Source of the DNA: Vitrella brassicaformis CCMP3155
Taxonomy: Eukaryota; Protista; Chromerida
Assembly: GCA_001179505.1 (NCBI GenBank)
Contig: CDMY01000772.1
Span: 1-22,380, forward strand
Reading direction: 5' to 3'
DNA: 22,380 bases
In this document: piece after piece, positions 11,208 through 20,019 of the stretch
Numbering within the stretch: the stretch's first letter is position 1
How the letters are laid out: each line of letters begins with the position of its first letter
The notes under the pieces: model-generated
Seen by the model: only the letters and a program-made list of their open reading frames with translations
The model's database searches: none
What the model was told of the DNA's origin: nothing
Position numbers and translations under genes: made by a program

Positions 11208-14200
11208 TCACGAGATACAGATGGCTGAATCGGTGGTACGCGAGAAGGCAATGAACGAGTAGGGGCTGAGCATCAGTGTGACGCCAGCTGCCAGGGCAGT
11301 GCGACATTGGCCCATCTTGATGAATCGCACGGCGCTGTCAACGGCCACAAGGGAGGCGGAGGTGGCCGAATCAATCGTGAGGCTTGGGCCGGTCAAGCCG
11401 AAGGCGTACGACAGCCGATTGGCGAGAATGGCGGGCGAGCTGCCGATGCCCGTGAAAGCCGTGGACTTGTGTCGGTCCTTGAGCGTCAGCAGCCAGTCGT
11501 AGCTGTTGCCGCCAACCGCCACTCCCACCGATGCGCCCATCAGACGTCCTCGAGAGAAGCCAGCGTCGACCAGGGCCTCGTAGCCACACTCCAGCAGCAG
11601 CCGCTGCTGCGGATCCATGTCCCTGACCTCAGCTGTCGATAGCTCAAAGAACCCAGCGTCGAACTCAGCTGCATCGAGCACGAAGCCGCCCAGCCGCGCG
11701 CACGTCTTCCCCGGAGCGGAGCGGTCCTCGTCAAAGACCCTCTCGTGGTCCCACCGGCCCAGTGGCACGCACCCCATGCAGTCCTCTTTGGCCATCATCG
11801 TCTCCCAGAACGCAGCGGGACTGTGACTCCCGCCAGGGAACCGACACGCCATGCCCATGACCGCAACGCTCTGCCCGTCATCGCCAGTCAAAGACGAGAG
11901 CGACACTGATGCCTCGATTGCCTCGGTGCCGGCATTGCGAGCGCACCACAACTCTCTCTCGATGATCACGTCAATCAGACCTCGGATGATCACGTAAATC
12001 AGATCTCGCAAAGTGGGCGCCTCGAGCATCACAGAAGGCTCCACATCCACATTGAACTCAGACAGCAGCCGATTGCGCAGCGTCACCGCCTCTGCTGGCC
12101 CGATGCCCGCCTGCTGGAGCGACAGGGAGGCCCGAGTATCCCCCTCCTGCTGTGGCAGACCATGGTGCGACGAGCGGCTGACGACGCCCATGACAGCGTC
12201 TTCGAGAGCCGCTCGCAGCCTGCCCGTCTCGATGAGTTGCTGTGATTTACTCCTGTCAAGAACGAGAGGAAGCGACCGCTCATCATGGCCATCCGTCTTG
12301 ACATAGTCATCTGGTGAGGCCCCAGCTCCAGCTGCGATCTTCCCGCTCTTGCTGACTCCTCCATCGAGCACGATGCCCTTCTTGTGCACTTGATCGACCG
12401 CCATAGCATCACGGCGAGTGGATCCTAGCAGCACAGGCGGTCGCCAGCTTGACACTCCGTCGCCCCCCTCGACCCATCTCGACTCGTCACCGTCGCCCAC
12501 ATCGCCGACCGACAATATGGCGGAGATGCTCAGATCTTGGTGGCTCGTGTTGCTGCGGGCCGCCCTCTTGCTCGCACAGAAGGCTGCCAGAGCATCCACA
12601 GTCGGGTGTGACGCGAGCGTCTGGGCGGACACCACCACGCTAGTGAGAGCCGACACGCGCACACAGAAGGAGTCCAGCGTGGCTTGGCTGAGACGCAGGC
12701 CACCGAAGGCCACGTGTGAGTCATCGGACGGGGTCGGCGTCGGTGGCTGGCGTGACGCCGCCTCTCGCTGAAGGGACGACAGCAGGTCGCCAATCTGTTG
12801 CTGCAGGCGCTCGACCTCGCAGCTGTGGCCGCCAGCGGGTGAGGCGACAGACGAGTGTGAGGGTGTGCGTGAGGGAGGCGAGCTCGTCACATCGATCTTG
12901 CTCGCGAGATCACACGAACGACCTGATGAACACACAGAAGAGTCCACATAGCGTGCCGGCCCAGAGGTCCGGACATCGTGCCTGTGTGTGATGCGTCTTA
13001 CCCGAGTGTGTATCCGACGGTGGTGTGCGGCCGGCCACGTGTTGATGAATGACGTCCGATGCATCACTCGATGCCAACGAGGCACTGACCTGTCAAACCA
13101 CACACACGGGAGGATACACGCGTTAGCAAGGCAGGCACACACGGTATTGTTGTCAGTGACGTGTTGTGTCTGTCGGCTCACCAGCATGTCTTCGTTGCCA
13201 CCAGCTGGAGTGGAAGTGCCACTTTCGCCCTTTCGTCCGTCGAGCAGCCATGTGGCCGTGCTGACCCACTCAAGCCCATCAATCGCCGGCCACTGGCCCC
13301 CCTCCTCGCCCCTCTGCTCTTCGTTGCGTAGCGCGTCCGTCATGGCCACACTGGACGGCAGGAGCGAAGCCACGCGAATCAGCCGCTGCATGTCGACGGT
13401 CTTCGTTGCCACCAGCTGGAGTGGAAGTGCCACTTTCGCCCTTTTGTCCGTCGAGCAGCCATGTGGCCGTGCTGACCCACTCAAGCCCATCAATCGCCGG
13501 CCACTGGCCCCCCTCCTCGCCCCTCTGCTCTTCGTTGCGTAGCGCGTCCGTCATGGCCACACTGGACGGCAGGAGCGAAGCCACGCGAATCAGCCGCTGC
13601 ATGTCGACGAAGCGCTGCCCATGGCCTCGTGAAGCGGCCCAACGAGGCCCTGGACGTTTGTCCAGAGCTCCCTTCGCGTCGCCCACTTGCACTCCACGGC
13701 ACCAGCACCAGAGCCATCCCCACCGTCGTTGCAGATCTGGCAGACGGCCAGTCCATCCAGTATCTCGCTTTGGAGCGGACGGACAGGCCCCCAGTCACCA
13801 GATGACGCAGACAAGAAGGACGACGTGCTGACCACGGAAGAGGGTGGCGGACCAGAGGACGGCGTCGCGGCGGACTCCTTGCCCACCAGCACGCCACCAG
13901 CATCACCGTCATGACCACTGCCCTGGCTGCCAGGGCGAGACGACACGACGCTCAGACAGCGGATGCACAACGGCATGCGCATGCCGGTCCGCTCGAGCGT
14001 CACAGAANNNNNNNNNNNNNNNNNNNNNNNNNNNNNNNNNNNNNNNNNNNNNNNNNNNNNNNNNNNNNNNNNNNNNNNNNNNNNNNNNNNNNNNNNNNNN
14101 NNNNNNNNNNNNNNNNNNNNNNNNNNNNNNNNNNNNNNNNNNNNNNNNNNNNNNNNNNNNNNNNNNNNNNNNNNNNNNNNNNNNNNNNNNNNNNNNNNNN

Positions 14201-15544
14201 NNNNNNNNNNNNNNNNNNNNNNNNNNNNNNNNNNNNNNNNNNNNNNNNNNNNNNNNNNNNNNNNNNNNNNNNNNNNNNNNNNNNNNNNNNNNNNNNNNNN
14301 NNNNNNNGTGTGTATCCGACGGTGGTGTGCGGCCGGCCACGTGTTGATGAATGACGTCCGATGCATCACTCGATGCCGACGAGGCACTGACCTGTCAAAC
14401 AACACACACGGGAGGATACACGCGTTAGCAAGGCAGGCACACACGGTATTGTTGTCAGTGACGTGTTGTGTCTGTCGGCTCACCAGCATGTCTTCGTTGC
14501 CACCAGCTGGAGTGGAAGTGCCACTTTCGCCCTTTTGTCCGTCGAGCAGCCATGTGGCCGTGCTGACCCACTCAAGCCCATCAATCGCCGGCCACTGGCC
14601 CCCCTCCTCGCCCCTCTGCTCTTCGTTGCGTAGCGCGTCCGTCATGGCCACACTGGACGGCAGGAGCGAAGCCACGCGAATCAGCCGCTGCATGTCGACG
14701 AAGCGCTGCCCATGGCCTCGTGAAGCGGCCCAACGAGGCCCTGGACGTTTGTCCAGAGCTCCCTTCGCGTCGCCCACTTGCACTCCACGGCACCAGCACC
14801 AGAGCCATCCCCACCGTCGTTGCAGATCTGGCAGACGGCCAGTCCATCCAGTATCTCGCTTTGGAGCGGACGGACAGGCCCCCAGTCACCAGATGACGCA
14901 GACAAGAAGGACGACGTGCTGACCACGGAAGAGGGTGGCGGACCAGAGGACGGCGTCGCGGCGGACTCCTTGCCCACCAGCACGCCACCAGCATCACCGT
15001 CATGACCACTGCCCTGGCTGCCAGGGCGAGACGGCACGACGCTCAGACAGCGGATGCACAACGGCATGCGCATGCCGGTCCGCTCGAGCGTCACAGAACA
15101 GGCCAGATCTCCATTATGTATCTCCTCATCGGTCTCATCATTCCAGGCCGTCAGTAGCAACCGCGGTGCTTGACCGTGGGTGAGAGCGCTCACCCACCGA
15201 TCAACGACGTCCGTGAGACCACTGGCAGTGCGCCCGCCATCCGCATCAGCAGCGGCTGAGGGAAGGATGACGGGGATGGCATCGAGATACAGGCACGCGG
15301 AGAGGCTGATGGCGACCTCCGGCGACCCAAGAGATGGGAAGCAATGAAGCACTCTCTGCTTGGCCGTCACGCCTTGCTGCTCCAGGCAGCTCGCCAGTTG
15401 GCGAGTCGCACTCAGCAAGTCCGCAAAGCTCAGCCGGGAACCCTCGTCGTCAGCCGGGGAACCGCCGTCCAGCCACACCAGAGCATCCTCCTGGGGAGCG
15501 GCGGCCGCCCAGTGATGCAAAACAGAACGCCAACTCGTCGCCAT
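11208..15544 (-). CDS. Degenerate PKS-like gene: acyl-AMP-ligase(FAAL)-like N-terminus, ACP-like, ACP-like, truncated KS; all catalytic sites appear lost (pseudoenzyme or pseudogene)
   Basis: ATG 15544 starts MATSWRSVLHHWAAAAPQEDALVWLD...RLSFADL...CLYLDAIPVILP, which resembles an ANL/FAAL N-terminus. Introns 13181-13090 and 13001-12923 are canonical. An open exon 12922-11208 carries two ACP-like folds and KS motifs (MACRFPG, DPQQRLLLE, ANRLSY, GPS). The model is complicated by a gap, duplications and one frame break. Confidence 0.65.
11240..11875 (-). CDS. Ketosynthase N-terminal half with active-site Cys replaced by Thr
   Basis: VAVMGMACRFPGG...FDAGFF...MDPQQRLLLE...ANRLSYAFGLTGPSLTIDSATSASLVAV; the canonical sequence is DTACSSS. 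ACC codon at 11361-11363. Confidence 0.9.
11990..12225 (-). CDS. ACP-like domain 2 (no phosphopantetheine Ser)
   Basis: LQQAGIGPAEAVTLRNRLLSEFNVDVEPSVMLEAPTLRDL aligns to LGxDSLxAVELRNRL...PT, with Pro (12096-12098) at the Ser position. Confidence 0.75.
12570..12820 (-). CDS. ACP-like domain 1 (no canonical phosphopantetheine Ser)
   Basis: FGGLRLSQATL...VVVSAQTLASHPTVDALAAF aligns to FxxLGxDSL...PTxxxLA, with Gln (12684-12686) at the Ser position. Confidence 0.6.
13188..13609. repeat. 211-bp tandem duplication (13188-13398 / 13399-13609)
   Basis: gtcttcgttgccaccagc...catgtcgacg occurs twice in tandem; one visible difference is tttcgtcc vs ttttgtcc. Confidence 0.93.
14008..14307. other. Assembly gap (300 N) between two copies of the same sequence
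   Basis: Exactly 300 N; the flanks are duplicated. Confidence 1.
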
Positions 15545-15731
15545 TGATAATCAATCGGATGCTGAGAAGAATGGAAAAGGGATCTGATCCGCGGATGGAT
15601 GACCGGATATGTCCAGTGATGGGGAGCGGTGATCCGACGCTTTATTACGTTTCGCGTAACATCACCCTAGCAATCGCGTTTACATATCAGACTGAAGGGG
15701 GACGACGATATACTGAAACAAAGCAGCCTTG
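15545..15731. promoter_or_regulatory. Short (187-bp) head-to-head intergenic region, putative bidirectional promoter
   Basis: Lies between the predicted ATGs at 15544 (-) and 15732 (+). No specific element can be proven. Confidence 0.45.
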
Positions 15732-18700
15732 ATGGCGCTGCCCTCCCTCGCCATTTTCCTCGTCTTCTTCATCTCCGCTTCAGCGACGAGCACACCATGC
15801 CCCTCCAAAGCTACCGCGTTGACGCTCGCCGAGTCCTTTTGGCGATGGCAATGGGTGGCCCTAGGGTGTGAGGGTGGCTTCGAGGGAGATGTGTTGGAGG
15901 TCATCCTCACACCCGCAGAGCACGGCCTTTGCGAAGTCATCCTGGTGCGGCCCAAGGGGGATTTGCGCATTCTCTACGATCAGAGCAAGACGACATTTGA
16001 CGAGAAGATGGCAGGTCAGATGCGCAGGTGAGCGGCGGGTGAAAGGAATGAGCAGTGCGTCCTTCAAGTTCTGCACGCGTCGGAATGATGGTATCGATCA
16101 ACCTACCTGGGCTGTTGTCATGTCAGGGAGGGCAACTGGGTCGGGCTGGACGCTCATCTGTGCTCCGAGACGTCCTTCATCGGCATGCAGGCACGTTGCA
16201 CTCACACATGTGTGCAGCATGCAATCATGCATTGTTTTGTCACCGATGGCCTCTTCTGTCCCTGTCCCCTTAGCCCCTCACCCGACCGATTCGGAAGGAG
16301 CAGATAACCTTCGCATTCGAACAAATCCAACGACTGCGTGCACAGGAAATCAAGGTCAACCCCACAGCAAACTCCGCAGACTAGCAATTTTCCCACTGAA
16401 TCCCACATTTTCCTCTTCATTGTCTGTGCGCCAGGGTGGCCGTAAGTGTGGCGGCGATTTGGCATTGCACAGCGATCTTGGGGTGACCCACGCCGAGGAA
16501 GAGATGGTGGCGTTGGGCGTCGAGAAGAAATTCACCATCTACGTCAAGGAAGGGCCCGTCAACACAGGTCAGCCTCAACACATGAGGGCATGACACCCGT
16601 GGATGAATTGAATGGTTTTGTTCCGTGCAGATACGACAGAGACGAAGGTGGTGGATACAGCCACTGCCCGTCGCCGCCTTGGCTGGTTCGGTAGCAGCAG
16701 CTCCTCCGATGGCGGTGCTGCCATCCCGGTGACAGTGCGGCTGATCATGTACGAGCAGTGGCACGGTAGCGACAACAACATCACCCGCAGCTACCGCTTC
16801 GTGTCCTCCAATCCATCCCCATGCAGGTGTCCATATGCATGTATGCATGTCGAGGGTGACAGGAAGGATGTTTGCATATGGCTTGCCGTCTGTGTGTACG
16901 TGCAGAATCTCTGCGGCGACGGCCAAGAACATGCAAAAGAACATCATGATGATGGACGACCTGCGAGACACTGTCCTTAACCCACTCACCGATCTCTGCA
17001 GGCCAGCGTCTCTCCATCAACCTCTCGGTCCGTCTGGTGTGATGTGCAGGTATCGCGACAGAATCAGCGTGCGGGCGAGTGGCAGGCGCGTATCAACGAG
17101 GTGGCGCTCGACCACGTGCACGGCGGGCCGGATGCATGGCGTCGGAAGTACCTCGGGGATCGGACCAAGGAAGGTGAGTACGGCTCTCATGTGGAGGACA
17201 ACATCGCATTTTGTGTTGTCGGCTGTATCCTCAGCGGTGCTGCCGTACCTCGATAAGGAGAGGCTCAAACAAAAGTCGGAGCGAATGGCGGACGCCACCC
17301 TCAAGCGGCTCGGTAGATCGTTGGCTAGAAGGGAAGGAAGAGACACGGCCCATCCATCCATGTGTACGTGGTATGGTTGGTGATATGCCGTGGGCCTGTC
17401 GCGTACTGTACAGGTCTGTATGAGTTCCCCCTGTCCTACGACGTCCGCAAGGCCCATCCCACTTGCGTTTTGCCACCAAGAAGTCAGGTGCGTACCAATG
17501 CGTGCGTGCATGCGAGGATGGATGGGTGAGCACATGTGCGTCAAGACATCAATAAGTGAAAGGCTCGTCCCCCGGGTTGATGCAGGATTCATGCGGGAGC
17601 TGTTGGGCGTTTGCGGCCGTGTGAGAATGGCTGATCCTCGCCTGTCTCTGATACGCACACAAGGTGTTCACTTCTTTGTGTGTTCAGCGGGGCGTGGGAG
17701 AAACAAGTTTGCAAGCTTGGCGATGGACACGTAAGACCATCAACCCCTCATGGCTGCCAGGACGTGTCAGTTGCCGGTCTGTTCTTCCCAATCAGGCCCG
17801 AGATCTCTCCAGACAGCGCATTATCAACTGCGGGGAATCCTCGTTCGGCTGCGATGGTATGTGGAGGGAGACAGGATCAGAAGTTCTCTCCTTCCATTGA
17901 TGCTGCTGTCTGCATGGCCAGGTGGCCATGCCTACACGGCCTACAACGCCATTTTGCGGGACGGTGTGGTGCCCGAGAGCTGCGCCCCATACACGAGCGG
18001 CAAGAGTGGAGCGCCTGTCGGTGAACCCCTCGGCACCGGCCTCTGCAAACACAAATCCACGTACTCGGTCCGTCGGCCAACGAGAAAACCGACATTGATT
18101 GCACGACCTACTTGATGTGTGTGTGGCTCTTGCTCACAGGGTTGCGACATGTACTTTGGCCGCCCGCCCAATACTATTGAGGCGGACAAAGGACAGTTCA
18201 TAAGGGACGGAGAGGTACAACCCTCCTTCACCACACACATGGCTGGCCGGCTGTCTGCCTGTGTGTGGTGATGCACCAGGTGTCGGGCGTCCCCAATTCG
18301 CCTTCGACGTCCTTTCTCATGGGCGAGGCTGCCATCCAGGTCCGCCCACGGTGAGACCGCATCGGAATGGCGTGTCTGCCAGCTCTTCTCCTCTCTGCAC
18401 AGGGCGCCATAATGACATACGGGGCTGTTTGGGCAGGTCAGCCGGACGATGACCTTTCCAAGGCGATGCGACACCTCCTTCCTCTCCGCAGGGTTCACGG
18501 TCTTTGGCGATTTTCAGTCGTATAGCCATGGTGTGTACAAGAGGCGGTCTAACCAGGAGCTCGGCGGCCACGCGGTGCAGCTGATAGGGTGGGGTCAGAC
18601 GGACAACGGACAGAAATACTGGATCGCTGAGAACAGCTGGGGGGACACTTGGGGGGAGAATCAGCACATGCAGCAGTGTTCGCAGCAGGAGTGCCGCGGC

Positions 18701-19257
18701 GACTTCTGTGACCAGTCGATGGCGGCCTCGGCATCCAAACAGCATGGAGAGGTGAGAAGGCGGGGACATGACGGCGACTGACGCACATCCGTACCTCTCT
18801 TTGTCTCCAGACGTGTGGGTATTTCCGCATAACCCGTGGCGAGAATCACGTTGGTAAGCCATGCCTCCCTCCTCATGACGGCAAAGATTGCGAGAGCACA
18901 GGGCCACACAAACAACCCCATCCCCCCACCAGCACATACACGTCTCGATGCCCGTCTATCTGCTCGTCAGGCATCGAAGAGCTTGCCGCCCACTCCTTCG
19001 TGCAAGGGTAACCACTGACACACAGACAGAAATACAGACATATATGTGACATCAGCGGGGGTGGTTCGTGTGTGTCTGTGTGTGTCAGGTTGGAGCCCGA
19101 CTCGACGCACGTGCCTCAGAGTAGCGAGCAGTTTGCGGAAGGGGCGGCCATCGGTGCAGGTGTGGCTGGCGGGGGGCTGTTGGTGGTGGCTGGTATCGCC
19201 GCAGCGGTTTGGAAGCTCTTCTGTAGCGGCGGCCGGGGTGGGTATGACAAGATGTAA
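15732..19257 (+). CDS. Papain-family (C1A, cathepsin-like) cysteine protease with signal peptide and C-terminal transmembrane helix; multi-exon
   Basis: Signal-like MALPSLAIFLVFFISASA; FPLSYDVRKAHPTC; spliced RSQ|DSCGSCWAFAA (Cys 17601-17603); LSRQRIINC...GCDGG; GGHAVQLIGWG (His 18569-18571); YWIAENSWG (Asn 18632-18634); GYFRITRGEN. Last exon 19089-19257 encodes a hydrophobic helix followed by GYDKM*. Confidence 0.9.
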
Positions 19258-19299
19258 TTAGCATGAGTGTGATTAGGGGAGAGGAGAGGAGGGTGCATT

Positions 19300-20011
19300 C
19301 ATTGGATGGATGGATGGATGAACGGGGGGATGGGCATTCGCCGAATGAGCAAACACTCTGTCGATAGAGGTGCCTCTTTTGTTGTGGTGCTTTTGATGTG
19401 ACGAACTCCGTCCTGCCGCATCAAAGTTCCTCCCTCCCTCCCTCCATCCCGTATGTTGCACCTTACGTGCGGACCATATCATTATATAGTTATTGCACAG
19501 AGACAGACAGACAGACAGAGACAGACAGGCGTGAAGCGCTACGACCGACACCATAGACCACAGAAATGCAGGCATGGACGCACCTCATGAAGGCTATGCT
19601 AAGCACAGGCAGGCCGGCAGCCCAGGCGCAAAAGGAACCCCCACCTATCGCCGGCAACTAGCTACACAGGGACAGGCGCGCGGGCGCGCAGACAGAGAGA
19701 TAGATATTTTTCTCTATATCTCTCTGCATACTCGTGTGTGTGTGTGTGTGTGTTGGGGCGGGGGACATTCGCCTCACTCACACACAAATGTGTTCATTGT
19801 GCTTACTTCCTTGGGCCCTGCCTGACCCCCGCGCCCGCCCGTTCCCCTTAGGCCCACCCCCGGCACACACATCACATGCAGCACGCATCAGTTAGCCACT
19901 GTACACTTATCCAGTCAGTCAGCTGGTTAACCACTCCCTAACCACAGCGCCCCATCCCTACCTGTCCCTCCCCGCTACGTCATCATGTTATGTGTGTGTG
20001 TGTGTGTGTGT
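19300..20011. repeat. Microsatellites (TGGA, GACA, GT) between the convergent protease and oxidase 3' ends
   Basis: tggatggatggatggatg at ~19304; agacagacagacagacag at 19501; (gt)n at ~19734-19753 and 19991-20011. Confidence 0.85.
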
Positions 20012-20019
20012 CTGTTGCG

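Larger units (their letters stand above)
13006..15098. repeat. Direct duplication across the gap: 13006-14007 vs 14308-15098
   Basis: Sequences match at offset 1091 (e.g. 14007/15098) and at offset 1302 (13006/14308). The 211-nt difference is the tandem duplication listed next. Confidence 0.95.

Noticed and set aside
2070-15098. Repeats as CRISPR arrays or transposons
   Set aside because: The units are hundreds to thousands of bp of coding sequence. There is no repeat-spacer structure, terminal inverted repeat, target-site duplication or transposase/RT motif.
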